Virus record (IMG/VR): IMGVR_UViG_3300017910_000401
Location: 1-56,142 of that record
From: a virus
Lineage: Duplodnaviria; Caudoviricetes
Strand: one strand, 5' to 3'
Length of the DNA: 56,142 nt
Under the pieces are notes generated by a model. The model saw nothing but the letters and a program-made list of their open reading frames with translations, ran no database searches and was not told the DNA's origin. This document shows positions 43,199 through 54,255 of the stretch, piece by piece; the first letter of the stretch is position 1; the number at the start of each line of letters is the position of its first letter. The translations under genes and the position numbers were made by a program.

Positions 43199-45021
43199 TG
43201 AATTTAGTAGAATTATCTGAAGAATTAGAATTCATGCCAAAAGATGCTTTGATACAATTATCACAAAATCCTAATTCTAATTATCCACCTTATTTGGTTT
43301 TAGCTGAAATACAAAGGCGTACTCAAATGGAAAAAATGTATGCAGCAGCTAGACCTAAACCACAGAATACAGTAGCAGAAGAAGTAGTAACGGATTTTGC
43401 TATGTCTACTCCCAATGCAGGTATATCCATGATGGATGGTTCAGCTCCAACTGAAAGATTCTCCCCTAAGTCCAGCGATATACCTGCTCCAGTATTAATG
43501 CAAACTGCAGCTAGTGGTGGTCTGACTGCCTATGCTAATAAAGGAAAAACTGAAACCACTGGTTCTAAAATAAAAAACTTTTTGACTGCACCTATAAGAG
43601 CTATTTCAGAGTTAGGTAGACTACGATATGAAGCAGGTAGAGATATGTCAAATCAACTTAGAGAGAATGCTTCTATGAGAGCTGACATCAGAAATGACTT
43701 AATAACAAAGTCTTTGCCAGTTATAAAAGGAGAAAAAACCTTAGAAGAATTTAAAAATGAAATGAGAGAACTTTATAATAATGATTTTATTAAAGATGAT
43801 AAGGGTTATAGAAATTCAATTAAAAATTATTATTACAATTTTGAACAAAAATTTCTACCTAGGTTTCAGAAAGAGATAGCAGAAACAGGTAAAATGCCAA
43901 AAGATGTTATAAAGCATTACGATGATTATGAAAATTTTAGAAATAGTAAGCAATACCTAAACAAATTTGATACAGGATATGAAAGACCTGACTTAACATT
44001 ACCATCAAAAGCTGGTGGTGGTATAACAGGTTATCAAAATAGAGGTCAAACTATGATAGAACAGTCTCTATCAAATCCTCAAGAAAGAGGATTTTTTGGT
44101 AAAACTTTTGACTACATAAAAGAAAACCCAGGTACTACAGCATTAAATGTAGCTAGTGCAGGTCTGATGTTTGTACCAGGTATAGGATTAGTATCTTTAG
44201 GTTTGAGAGGACTGCAAGCTGCAAGAGCATTAAACTATGCACAAGGAGCAAAAAAAGCTTACGATGTTGCAAAAAGAGGAACTATAGCTACAGGTAAAGC
44301 ATTAAATCCTAAAGTATTATATTCAAGACCTAATCCTATTTTTAGTAATTTACAACAAGGCACAAGAAGAGTGCTTCAAAAAGATGGAACATATAAAGTT
44401 ATAGATACTGCTACAGGTAAAGCGATAAAACCTAGAGTATTTTCTATGAAAAGAGCAGCACCTACTTCAATAGCTGGAGCAGCAGGTTTGCAAGCAATAA
44501 ATTATATGAATCAAGATGATAAAGTTATTAATCAAATGCCACCTCCTGAAAGAGAATTGTCTGCTGAAGATTTAGAAATTTTACGTTTACAAAATGAAGC
44601 TGCTATGGCAGAAACAGAAACTAAACCTAAAGGATTTGATGACCAAGCTTTAAATTTAATTAGTTTAGGTGGCACAATTATGGGTGCTCGTAATATGTCT
44701 GAATTAGGTCAAGGCTTAACTAGTTTTGCAACTGCTAAACAAGCAGCTAAAGGTGATGAAGCACAACAAGCTTATTACGCAGCTAGTGCAGCCAAAGCTC
44801 AGGCAGAAGTTGAAAATATGCCACTCGATAGAGTTATTTCTAGTATTGAAGCAATAACTGAGCAGCAAGAAGCAGCTTTAGAAAATAATGATACAGAAAC
44901 AGCAACAGCACTTGGATTACAACTACAAATTCTAAATCAAAGAGCTTTAGAATTACAAGGCATAGATGTGCAAACACAAGCTAGTATAGACAAAAACTTA
45001 ATTGCATCTTTTGGAACTTAA
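43198..45021 (+). CDS. Internal virion protein
   Basis: PPYLVLAEIQRR; helical; position in the ejection module. Confidence 0.55.
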   Translation: MNLVELSEELEFMPKDALIQLSQNPNSNYPPYLVLAEIQRRTQMEKMYAAARPKPQNTVAEEVVTDFAMSTPNAGISMMDGSAPTERFSPKSSDIPAPVLMQTAASGGLTAYANKGKTETTGSKIKNFLTAPIRAISELGRLRYEAGRDMSNQLRENASMRADIRNDLITKSLPVIKGEKTLEEFKNEMRELYNNDFIKDDKGYRNSIKNYYYNFEQKFLPRFQKEIAETGKMPKDVIKHYDDYENFRNSKQYLNKFDTGYERPDLTLPSKAGGGITGYQNRGQTMIEQSLSNPQERGFFGKTFDYIKENPGTTALNVASAGLMFVPGIGLVSLGLRGLQAARALNYAQGAKKAYDVAKRGTIATGKALNPKVLYSRPNPIFSNLQQGTRRVLQKDGTYKVIDTATGKAIKPRVFSMKRAAPTSIAGAAGLQAINYMNQDDKVINQMPPPERELSAEDLEILRLQNEAAMAETETKPKGFDDQALNLISLGGTIMGARNMSELGQGLTSFATAKQAAKGDEAQQAYYAASAAKAQAEVENMPLDRVISSIEAITEQQEAALENNDTETATALGLQLQILNQRALELQGIDVQTQASIDKNLIASFGT

Positions 45022-48000
45022 TGGAAAAAATAAATTTACCTGATGGACAGGTAATAAATATACCAGACAATATAGACCCAATAAAAAGGTCTGAATTAGC
45101 TGGTGCTATAAAAAGACAATATGACATAGATATAGATAAAGTATCTATTTTAGATAGAGTTGTAGATGCTCCTAAATCAGTAGCTAGAGGTACTATAAGC
45201 ACAGTAGCTAATGTACCATTGGGTTTGGCATCACTATTTGATATAGGCAACGATAGTGAAGTTGTAAAAGGTTTGCAAGGTTTTCGTGATTATCTTAGAG
45301 AAGATTCTATATTTGCTTCTGACCCATCATTAAGAAATAAATATTCTACTAAACTAGCTGAAGGTTTTGGTTCATTTGGACCATTTTTGGGTGCAGGTTT
45401 AGCAGGTCGTGCTTTAGCTAGGAGAGGTGTAGTAAGTCCTGCAGTAGGTACATTCGGACTACCAGCTGCATTAGCTGTACCAACAGGTATTTCTGAACAA
45501 GTAGACCGATTAGAAATAGCTAGAGATATGGGCGAAGAAGCTAATGCTGGTCAGGAAATATTATCTGAACTTATTGGTGGTGCTATTGGTTTATCTGAAA
45601 TTGCACCAATAGCTGCTTTTCTTAAAAGAGTACCTAAGTCTGCTGCTCGTAATCCTGAAATAAATGCTCGTATAACACAAATAGCTAAAGACTTTACAAC
45701 AGGTTTTGCATTTGAAGGTGCACAAGAATCTATTGCAAGTTTAACTCAAGATTTAGTTGCTAGAGGTTTATACAGTGATACTTTGCCAATTGGAGAAAGT
45801 TTCTTTGATGAGTTAACTATAGGGGGTATTGTTGGTGGTACTGCAAAAGCTGTAATAAATAGTCTTGGTCGTAAACAAGGAATTAAAAGTGAATATGCAG
45901 AAGAAAAAATAAGGCGTGAACAAGAAAATAAAAAAGATTTATTACGAGCTAAAAAATTCCAACAAGCACAAGAACAAGGAACACTTACAGAAGTGCAAGA
46001 TGTACCACAAGTTGTTAAGCCAGAGCTTGTTGTACCTGAAGCAACTCTACCAGAACCTGATTTAACAGTTGTTAGTTTGCCTAACAACACCTTTTCTATT
46101 GTTGATAACAACAATACGACACAACCAATAGTTGAAACTTTTACTAGTGAAGCTGATGCTTTATCTAAAAAAGAAGAGTTACTAACTGACTTTAATAATC
46201 AACGTCTTACCCAAGAATTAAACAAACAATTATATTTACAAGGCAATATAAATAGTGCGACTGCTTTTGAAATAGGGCAATCGTTACTTGACCCTATAGC
46301 AACTACAGTAACGCCTAATGATATTATTGCTTTTAAAACTAAAATATCCGACAAAGCTAAACAAAGTTTTTTAGAAAACAATACAAAACCTCTAACTCTT
46401 GAGGAGGCTAAAAATAATTTAACTAAAAAAGAATTCAATGATTTAGCTAGTTCTTTAGCTAGAGCACAGTTAAAAGCTAATGAAAAAAATGGACAACCAT
46501 CTATAACTGCAGGTAAAGACACCATAAACACTACTCCCAAATATATTAAAGAATTAGCTGAATCTAAAAATATAGATAACTTTAATCCTAATTCACCAGC
46601 TATAGCTCATGCACTAAAAATTTATACAGGCTCTAATGATTTAAAAGGCATGAGTAAAGGTCAAAAAGATTTATTAGTTGCTAGATTACACGCCCTTCCT
46701 AAATTTAATCAAAAACAAGAATTTCCTGATTTTAGACCTAAAGAATATTCTGCTAAAGATATGGCAGATTTTATTTCTAAAATAGACAAAGCTTCATTTA
46801 CTTTAAAAGATGTTGAAAATAATTTTGATGGCGATAAAGGTAAAGCTGCAATGTTTATCAGTCAATTACAAAAAAGTGGCAGAGCAGAGTTTTTAAAAGA
46901 AGAAGGTGCTTATCGAATAAAAGATAATTTTGAGTTTGAAATTGCAAGAAGAGCAGAAGCTTTTGACCAGACACCAGAAGAGTTTGGTGCATCCCTTAGA
47001 GAGCAAGGCACTTTATCTGAAGATGTAATAGCTAAATTAGTAGAAGAAGAAACTGTAAGACAAGAAAAAGTTTTACCTCCAGAAGAAATAGAACCTAAAT
47101 TAATTAACTTTGCTGAAGCTATTGAAGAAGGTAGAACTAATAAGTTTGCTAAAGAAATAAGAAAACAATTAGATAAGTTTGGTCTATCAGATACAGGTGT
47201 GGTTGTAAGTGATGATATTTTATCAACCACAACTCTTAGACAAACTACAGATGGTGTAGCTTTTGACCCTAGAGAAGTTAGAGAAGAAAGAATTGAAGGA
47301 GAATACGATAGAAATACAGACATAATCTTTTTATCTTTGAATGCTGTAAATCCTGATGGTAATGCGACAGATTTTGAAATAGAACAAAGATTAAGAAACA
47401 TAGTTAATCACGAAGTAATTCATGCTTTACGAGCAAAAGATTTATTAACAGAACCAGAATATAACTATTTACGAAAATTAGTTAAACAAAGAAAAGTGCC
47501 TAAAGATTTTGATGAAAATTATGCTAATAGAACTTTTTATGACCGAGCAGTTGATATAAATAGAGGAACAATAGAAGCTCGTAGACAAGCAGGTTTAAAT
47601 ATAAGTGATGAAAGAGCAGAAGAACTCTACATTGAAGAAGCTATAGCAGAAATGTATCGTGCTAAAGATATTGGACCAACCATGCCAAACAAAGTGGATG
47701 GCATCTTTAATAAATTTATAGAGTTTTTTAAAGGCATAGGACAAGCCATGCGTACATCAGGTTATAAAAATGTAGCTAATGTATTTGCTGAAATAGAACA
47801 AGGTCGTGTTGGTCGTAGAGCTAGAGGTGAATTAAGAACCACTAGAGAGCTTGATAGAGGAGCAGCCATAAGTCAGTTACCTCCAGATTTGCAAGCAGAA
47901 AAAGACCGCAGAGATAGAGCTGCTGCTGAAGCACAATTAAAACCAGATGAAATAGAAAGAGGTGCAGTTATAAAAACTGAATTATCACCACAAGAACTTT

Positions 48001-51000
48001 CTAGATTAGAGCCTGTTGCACCTACAAGACCAACACCTCCACCTCCGCCTCCACCACCCCCACCTGTAGTTGAAGAACCAACTATTGAGCCAGAAGTAAA
48101 ACCTGAAGTTCCAGATGCTAGACCTCCTGTAAAACCTGAAGAGCCAGCTATAGAAACTACATCTATTCCTAATACTATTTATGATTCTACAAAAAGAACG
48201 CTAGAAGAAAAAATTATAGAAGAGGCTTATATTGCACATGGATTAGCTGCTGCAGGAGTAATTACTGTAGAACAAGCTGACAGAATAGGTAGAGGTCAAG
48301 GTGTAAGGACTAAAGGCGATACTATAAAAATGTTGAAATGGTTTACTAAAAATTCTCCTAGTGAAGATTATAGAATTTTAGCTACTAAAGCTTTAGAAAC
48401 ATTAAACAAGTTAAAAAAATATGGAGTTACACTACCTTTTTCTATAAGTTCAGTTCAAGCTCAAGGTCGAGTTGCATTTCAATATAGTCTGAATTTAACA
48501 GACTCTATTAGTAATTTTGAACTTGGAACGAAGGACATGAAAATGACTATAAATTCCAAAACTGGTTTAGATTTTGAAACTATTTTGCATGAAACTTTAC
48601 ATTCTTCTTCTCTCTTACAATTAAAACTATTTGAAGTTTTAGAAAAACAAAATCTTGCTAGAAAGAGAAAAGGTTCTACAAAACCATCAGAAATAAGTAA
48701 AGTTCCAGAAAAGATACTTTCTACTAAAACTATAAAAGCATTTAGAAATTTAAATGAACAAAGACAAAGAGTTTTAAATTATATTGAAAATCAAAAAGTT
48801 GTTCTTCTTCAAGATTATAAAAATTTTGAAAGAAACAAAAAAACAGGCGACCGATATTATCGTAAAGATTTAGATAATAATCCTATTTTAAAACAATTGG
48901 CATTTGCTATAGCTGAAAAAGAAATGACTGGTCGTTCAACTTCATTACAGCAATGGGATAGAGTATATGTAGATTATTATCTTAAAGGTAGGCAAGCAAC
49001 AAGAAGTAGAGAAAATGATTCTTCTGAATTTATTACATTTGGTTTTACAAATAGACCATTTCAAAATTTTTTAGAAAACATACCATATGATGATAAAGGT
49101 AAAAAAACTGTTTGGAATAAATTTGTTGAAGCCATTAGAGATATTTTAAATTTACCAGCTAAATTAGATACAGAATTTGCAGCTTTTTTAAATAATGCAG
49201 CAGATATATTTTACAACCCTGAAGTAACACAAGAAAAATTAAGAGCACCTCCTACTAGTATTGATTCAAGACGTGCAGAGATAGAAGAAAAAATATTTGC
49301 TGCTGAAGATATGATTTATCGTTTAGAACGAGAAGAATATTTAGAGGGAGATGTAATGACTGTTGGTAGTTTGAATAGATTACAAGGCAGGATTAGACAA
49401 CAAAAAAGAAATTTAGCTTTTTTTAAAAATGAATTAGCTAATCTATCAGAAGAAATAGTAGAGCCTGAACAATTACCTTTATTTTCTAAAGGAGTTAGAT
49501 ATAACAAAAACAAAAATTCATCAGAAAGTAGACAGCTACAAGAGGCTGTTACAAAGGCTGAAGAACAGGCAAAGTCACAACCTAGAGGGGGTATACCTAG
49601 ATACAATACAAATGCCTCTGATATAGCTCTAAAAACAGCTATAGATTTTGAAAATGACCCTACTATGTCTGTACCTGATGACATACCTAATTGGTCAAAA
49701 CCAACACTAGATGGTGTAGACAACGATATTAGAGCAGGTATTAATCGTACAGGTGGTCAAAAAGCTCCAGAAAAATCTTTTGGTGCTAGATTATTAGAAA
49801 CATTAAAAGACCCTGTAACTAATATTGGTTTTTATTTTAGAGATTTTCGTCAAAATTATGTTGATAAATTAGATAAAACAGATAAAAAAATATTAAAAGG
49901 TATTCAAAAAAATGAACAAGTAAGAGCTTTTAACAATACTGCAGACACAGCTACTATGGCAGCTTTACGTCTGGCTGATAGAGCTAGAGGTTTATTTCAA
50001 GGTTTACTTACAACTGGCACCATTTCAGACAAAATAGATGGTGTAGCTGCTTTAGCAAATGTAGTTAAAAGTGAAGATGGTGGACTAATACAAATACTAG
50101 CACCACTTTATAGTAGACCAGAAGTAGACCAAGAATCTATATTTAAATTTTATGCTAGTTTAAAACGTACCGAACAATTTCAGAAAGATGGTCGTGTGGT
50201 TAAATCTCCTATTAAAGAAGAAGATTTAGCTTTAATAAAAAAAATAGAAGTTCAATATCCTGATGTAAAAAATGTTTTTGAAGCTTATCAACGTTGGAAT
50301 AATACTTTAATTACCTTTGCAGAAAATAAAGGATTGTTAAGTAAATTTAAATCTAACAATAAAATAATAGAAGAGTTAGAAAAAAAAGGTATTGACCAAG
50401 CTACTTTAGATAGATTAGCTCAACTATCAAAAGAAAATGGTGGCAGAAGCGTTCAAGAAATAAGAGAATTTGCTGTACAAAATGATATAGATATCAGAGG
50501 ACAAGCAGACCTTTGGCGAGAACATTCTAGTTATTATCCTTTTTATCGTGACATGGTAGATGATACAGGTATTACTGCTCCTACTGTAGCTGGTGGGTCT
50601 TTGCCTAATAATCCATTAAGTATTTCTTTAGAAGGTTCAGAAGACCCTTTAAATATAAATCCTTTAGAAGCTATATCTAGAAACTCTTTATCAATACTTA
50701 CTGCATCATTAAAAAATGATGGATTAGCAAAACTTATAAGAGACTTAGAACTTATGGGAGAAGCTAAAGAAGTAACACCAAAAGAGTCTGCTAAATTAAA
50801 TACTATATTTGTTTTTGATGAAGGTATTAAAAGACACTACGAAGTAGATGTAGAGTTGGTAAACGCTTTGCAATCTGTAGGTGGTACACAAAGAGGCATG
50901 ATAGAAAAAGTATTAGCTATGCCTGCAGGATTTTTACGAGAAACTGTTACTAGAGACCCAGGTTTCGTTGTGGTAAACATTTTAAGAGATACCTTTTCTA

Positions 51001-52538
51001 CTATGGTTACTTCAGGTGCAGACTTCGTGCCTGTTATAGATTCGTTTAAAAATCTAGTAGGCGACATGGAAAACCTTAAAAAGTTTGGTGTGCTAGGTGG
51101 TTATGACTTTTCTAATGATGAAGGTAGTGTCAAAGAATATATCACTCGAACTATGCGTAGAGAGGGATTAACACCAGATAACGGAATGTCGGCACAAAAA
51201 CTATTTTTTAAACTTTGGGATGGTTTGGGTGAATTAACTACAAGGTCAGATGGTGCAACAAGACAAGCAGTCTATGATGGAGTTTATAAAAAATTAATTA
51301 AAGAAGGTTATAACGAAGCACAGGCACAATCAGAAGCAGCTTATCAAGCTCTAGAAATAATTAACTTTGGTCGTAGAGGATTAAATCCTACGTTTAAAAT
51401 AATTACTGCAGCAATACCTTTTTTCAATGCCAGAATACAAGGTTTAGATATTATTTATCGTGCAGGTAGTGGTAAATATTCTGCTGTAGAAAAACTGCAA
51501 CAAGGTGAAACTTTAAAAGATGTACAAGGTCGTATCTTAAAAAATGTTGCATTAAAATCTGGAGTTTTATCGGCTATCACTCTTATATATTATTTATTAG
51601 TACATGATAGTGATGAATATAAAAATCTTAAACGAGAAGTAAGAGATGATAATTGGGTAGTTCCAGTAGGATTTAATCATGCAGTAAAAATACCAATACC
51701 TTTTGAAGTAGGATTTTTATTTAAAGTAGTTCCTGAAAGATTTTTTGATATGACTTTAGGAGATGAAGCTTTTACTAGAAGTTCAGTAAACGAAGCAGGA
51801 ACCTCTATATCTAGAGGTTTAGGTACTTCTCTTGCAATACCTTTCTTTGATGCTGGGGGTGTACAAGCATTAAAACCAATAGTAGAAGCATTAATAAATA
51901 AAAACTCTTTTACCAAACAAGACATTGTTCCTTACTATCAACTACAAAAAGAACCTGCATTGCAATTTAGAGAAGGTACAAGCCAACTAGCAAAAGAAAT
52001 AGGAGAACAACTAAACATTTCTCCTGCTAAAGTAGAGCACGTTTTTAGAGGGTACACAGGCACTCTAGGAGGCTATGTGGTGGCTTTGTCAGACACAATC
52101 ACTAGATTGGTCACAGGTGAACCTTTAATGCCTAAAAATGCTAGTTTCTTGCAGAATACTCCACTTAGAAGATTGCTTTTAGATTATGATAAATCTGGTG
52201 GTTTGCAACAACAATTTTATGAATTACGAGGAGAGGTGGATAGAGCAGTAGCAACTATCAACTCATTAAAAAAAGAAAAAAGATTTGATGAACTATCAGC
52301 TTATAGGACTAACAGAAAAGGTGTATTGGATATCAAAGGTCAAATTAGAGCCTTAGAAAAATATCTAGCAAACTTTAGAGAAAGACGTAATAGACTATTA
52401 CTAAATGAGAATATATCCGTTGCAGAGAAATCTGAACGACTCAGACAAATGGAAATAGAACGTGATAAACGACTAGCTTTTGTACCAGAGTTAAGAAAGA
52501 GAGCCAATCTCCCTGTTATTAATATGAACCCTTTCTAG
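45021..52538 (+). CDS. Giant internal virion / large polyvalent protein with a C-terminal LPD38-like domain
   Basis: 2505 aa; two HExxH motifs (NHEVIHAL, LHETLHS); INFGRRG, IPFFNARIQG, KIPIPFEVG, ISPAKVEHVFRGYTGTLG. Confidence 0.75.
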   Translation: MEKINLPDGQVINIPDNIDPIKRSELAGAIKRQYDIDIDKVSILDRVVDAPKSVARGTISTVANVPLGLASLFDIGNDSEVVKGLQGFRDYLREDSIFASDPSLRNKYSTKLAEGFGSFGPFLGAGLAGRALARRGVVSPAVGTFGLPAALAVPTGISEQVDRLEIARDMGEEANAGQEILSELIGGAIGLSEIAPIAAFLKRVPKSAARNPEINARITQIAKDFTTGFAFEGAQESIASLTQDLVARGLYSDTLPIGESFFDELTIGGIVGGTAKAVINSLGRKQGIKSEYAEEKIRREQENKKDLLRAKKFQQAQEQGTLTEVQDVPQVVKPELVVPEATLPEPDLTVVSLPNNTFSIVDNNNTTQPIVETFTSEADALSKKEELLTDFNNQRLTQELNKQLYLQGNINSATAFEIGQSLLDPIATTVTPNDIIAFKTKISDKAKQSFLENNTKPLTLEEAKNNLTKKEFNDLASSLARAQLKANEKNGQPSITAGKDTINTTPKYIKELAESKNIDNFNPNSPAIAHALKIYTGSNDLKGMSKGQKDLLVARLHALPKFNQKQEFPDFRPKEYSAKDMADFISKIDKASFTLKDVENNFDGDKGKAAMFISQLQKSGRAEFLKEEGAYRIKDNFEFEIARRAEAFDQTPEEFGASLREQGTLSEDVIAKLVEEETVRQEKVLPPEEIEPKLINFAEAIEEGRTNKFAKEIRKQLDKFGLSDTGVVVSDDILSTTTLRQTTDGVAFDPREVREERIEGEYDRNTDIIFLSLNAVNPDGNATDFEIEQRLRNIVNHEVIHALRAKDLLTEPEYNYLRKLVKQRKVPKDFDENYANRTFYDRAVDINRGTIEARRQAGLNISDERAEELYIEEAIAEMYRAKDIGPTMPNKVDGIFNKFIEFFKGIGQAMRTSGYKNVANVFAEIEQGRVGRRARGELRTTRELDRGAAISQLPPDLQAEKDRRDRAAAEAQLKPDEIERGAVIKTELSPQELSRLEPVAPTRPTPPPPPPPPPPVVEEPTIEPEVKPEVPDARPPVKPEEPAIETTSIPNTIYDSTKRTLEEKIIEEAYIAHGLAAAGVITVEQADRIGRGQGVRTKGDTIKMLKWFTKNSPSEDYRILATKALETLNKLKKYGVTLPFSISSVQAQGRVAFQYSLNLTDSISNFELGTKDMKMTINSKTGLDFETILHETLHSSSLLQLKLFEVLEKQNLARKRKGSTKPSEISKVPEKILSTKTIKAFRNLNEQRQRVLNYIENQKVVLLQDYKNFERNKKTGDRYYRKDLDNNPILKQLAFAIAEKEMTGRSTSLQQWDRVYVDYYLKGRQATRSRENDSSEFITFGFTNRPFQNFLENIPYDDKGKKTVWNKFVEAIRDILNLPAKLDTEFAAFLNNAADIFYNPEVTQEKLRAPPTSIDSRRAEIEEKIFAAEDMIYRLEREEYLEGDVMTVGSLNRLQGRIRQQKRNLAFFKNELANLSEEIVEPEQLPLFSKGVRYNKNKNSSESRQLQEAVTKAEEQAKSQPRGGIPRYNTNASDIALKTAIDFENDPTMSVPDDIPNWSKPTLDGVDNDIRAGINRTGGQKAPEKSFGARLLETLKDPVTNIGFYFRDFRQNYVDKLDKTDKKILKGIQKNEQVRAFNNTADTATMAALRLADRARGLFQGLLTTGTISDKIDGVAALANVVKSEDGGLIQILAPLYSRPEVDQESIFKFYASLKRTEQFQKDGRVVKSPIKEEDLALIKKIEVQYPDVKNVFEAYQRWNNTLITFAENKGLLSKFKSNNKIIEELEKKGIDQATLDRLAQLSKENGGRSVQEIREFAVQNDIDIRGQADLWREHSSYYPFYRDMVDDTGITAPTVAGGSLPNNPLSISLEGSEDPLNINPLEAISRNSLSILTASLKNDGLAKLIRDLELMGEAKEVTPKESAKLNTIFVFDEGIKRHYEVDVELVNALQSVGGTQRGMIEKVLAMPAGFLRETVTRDPGFVVVNILRDTFSTMVTSGADFVPVIDSFKNLVGDMENLKKFGVLGGYDFSNDEGSVKEYITRTMRREGLTPDNGMSAQKLFFKLWDGLGELTTRSDGATRQAVYDGVYKKLIKEGYNEAQAQSEAAYQALEIINFGRRGLNPTFKIITAAIPFFNARIQGLDIIYRAGSGKYSAVEKLQQGETLKDVQGRILKNVALKSGVLSAITLIYYLLVHDSDEYKNLKREVRDDNWVVPVGFNHAVKIPIPFEVGFLFKVVPERFFDMTLGDEAFTRSSVNEAGTSISRGLGTSLAIPFFDAGGVQALKPIVEALINKNSFTKQDIVPYYQLQKEPALQFREGTSQLAKEIGEQLNISPAKVEHVFRGYTGTLGGYVVALSDTITRLVTGEPLMPKNASFLQNTPLRRLLLDYDKSGGLQQQFYELRGEVDRAVATINSLKKEKRFDELSAYRTNRKGVLDIKGQIRALEKYLANFRERRNRLLLNENISVAEKSERLRQMEIERDKRLAFVPELRKRANLPVINMNPF

Positions 52539-52862
52539 GTCTGCTATTCTTTTTTCTTCCTTAAAAGGCTTTAATCTAAAGAAATCAGAATGTTCAGGAT
52601 AACGAGCATGAAATAACCTAGCATAAAAACTAATGTAATTATTACTGATTTTAAACTCCCCACTCTTGGTTTCTATTTCACTATGCCAACGTATTCTGTT
52701 GATAATCGCCCATTGGGAATAGTGCTTACGACCAGAAGCAATAGCCTCTAAGGTGTACTCTTCAAACTTATCCCACACTTTGGGATTGGCTTTGTGCCAC
52801 TCCCACCATTCTTCTTTTCTTTCCTGCAAATCTCTTTGCAATTGTTCAACTAACATATTCAT
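52491..52862 (-). CDS. Hypothetical phage protein
   Basis: WHKANPKVW..FE...RIRW...FKISNNY..FYARLF. Confidence 0.7.
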   Translation of the reverse strand: MNMLVEQLQRDLQERKEEWWEWHKANPKVWDKFEEYTLEAIASGRKHYSQWAIINRIRWHSEIETKSGEFKISNNYISFYARLFHARYPEHSDFFRLKPFKEEKRIADLERVHINNREIGSLS

Positions 52863-53290
52863 ATATCGGCATCTCCTTGTGCGACAATATTTGTCACCAG
52901 TGAATAATATTTTTTTGGCGTAATAACAAGCTCACATCTAGCGTCACTTTTATCCACACCCCCAAACTTATAGACTATTTTATCTATCTCGTTATAGCTA
53001 TCATCTGCTAACACACCTGCTTTTACTAAAGCATCACAGGTAAATTTGTCTATTATGGAACAAGGATTGCTCACATCTAAACGTCTCTTGCTCTTGGCAA
53101 AATAAGTGTATTCCAAGATAACAGGCTCAGTAAAAGGCTTTATGCCCTTTAAACTAGCTTGTAGGTTCTCTGAGTACAACTTTTTAGCAGTAGCTAACAC
53201 CCTGTAATGTGCGTTGCGATAATTATTTAAGTTCAAGATAAACTTCTTATTCTTTGAATAATAAACTTCTAGCGGTAATTTAATCTGCAT
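52859..53290 (-). CDS. rusA: RusA-like Holliday junction resolvase
   Basis: RRLDVSN...DALVKAGVLADDS acidic catalytic pattern. Confidence 0.7.
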   Translation of the reverse strand: MQIKLPLEVYYSKNKKFILNLNNYRNAHYRVLATAKKLYSENLQASLKGIKPFTEPVILEYTYFAKSKRRLDVSNPCSIIDKFTCDALVKAGVLADDSYNEIDKIVYKFGGVDKSDARCELVITPKKYYSLVTNIVAQGDADI

Positions 53291-53879
53291 CGTGTTCTTC
53301 TACTATGGATTTTCTATAATCTAGTAAAGCTTTGCCTCGCAACATACTATTTTGTGTCTTATCTTTCTTTCTTTTCCGCCAAATACTAGCATCCTTTTCC
53401 TTCTTGCTAGGCTCTAAAGATTCAAAACCAAACATATCTTTTTCTAATTCTTTATACCAAACATTGATATCTCGCATCCTTCTAACTCCGCCTTGTTGAA
53501 TATCAATACATCTAAAGTCCATTAATTGCCAAAATCTATTTGCAGATATATCACTGCCACATCTTAGAGATATGCCTTTCTTAAAATTAATTTTACACAT
53601 ATCCTCTAAAGTATTTACTAGTCCTGCTCCATACCAATTCCCTCTAAGGTCATACTCAATACAAGCTTGATGTATTTTTAGATTCACTGAAGAAAAACTA
53701 CCATGATATAAATAACCTGCGTGTTGATTATTGACCAAAGCTAATAAAATTCTTTGTTTATCCAACTCTCTCTCGAACACTTGCTTGGGATAAAATGACA
53801 AATCTTCTGCATTTTTCTTTTGCAAATAATCTATAAACTTTAAATCGTTTTGGTTTGCATATCTAATGTCTAGTTTCAT
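53280..53879 (-). CDS. GNAT-family acetyltransferase
   Basis: IRYA..DL, QACIEYDLRGNWYGAGLV (motif A-like), ANRFWQLMDF. Confidence 0.75.
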   Translation of the reverse strand: MKLDIRYANQNDLKFIDYLQKKNAEDLSFYPKQVFERELDKQRILLALVNNQHAGYLYHGSFSSVNLKIHQACIEYDLRGNWYGAGLVNTLEDMCKINFKKGISLRCGSDISANRFWQLMDFRCIDIQQGGVRRMRDINVWYKELEKDMFGFESLEPSKKEKDASIWRKRKKDKTQNSMLRGKALLDYRKSIVEEHDAD

Positions 53880-53943
53880 GGCTCTGATAGATTGATTTTA
53901 CAGTCACTGGTGAATATTATTTCGCAGCCAGGCTCTCCAGGCT

Positions 53944-54255
53944 TTATTTAATAAAAAAATCATCATCTTTTTCTAATAACTCTTCGACTTGTTTTAATAG
54001 TTCTGCTTCTGTTCCGTAGGCTTCTTCAAACCTTTTTTTATTTGGGTGTCTGCTTATGGGGTGTCTGTGACTGCCGTTTCTGTGATGATAGGAACACAAA
54101 GGCAAAACCTTCATGTGACTACGTTTTCCATCTATTATGTGGTGTATTTCAGCAGGGGTAGAAAGATAGCCATTATTACGACAAACAATACATCCTAACT
54201 CTCTAACTTTGTTCATGTGAGCAAGTTCCTTTTTGGTAGGAGGTTTACCCTTCAT
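53944..54255 (-). CDS. Ref-like (recombination enhancement) HNH nuclease
   Basis: LGCIVC, AEIHH, VLPLC..HH, FEEAYGTEAELL. Confidence 0.75.
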   Translation of the reverse strand: MKGKPPTKKELAHMNKVRELGCIVCRNNGYLSTPAEIHHIIDGKRSHMKVLPLCSYHHRNGSHRHPISRHPNKKRFEEAYGTEAELLKQVEELLEKDDDFFIK

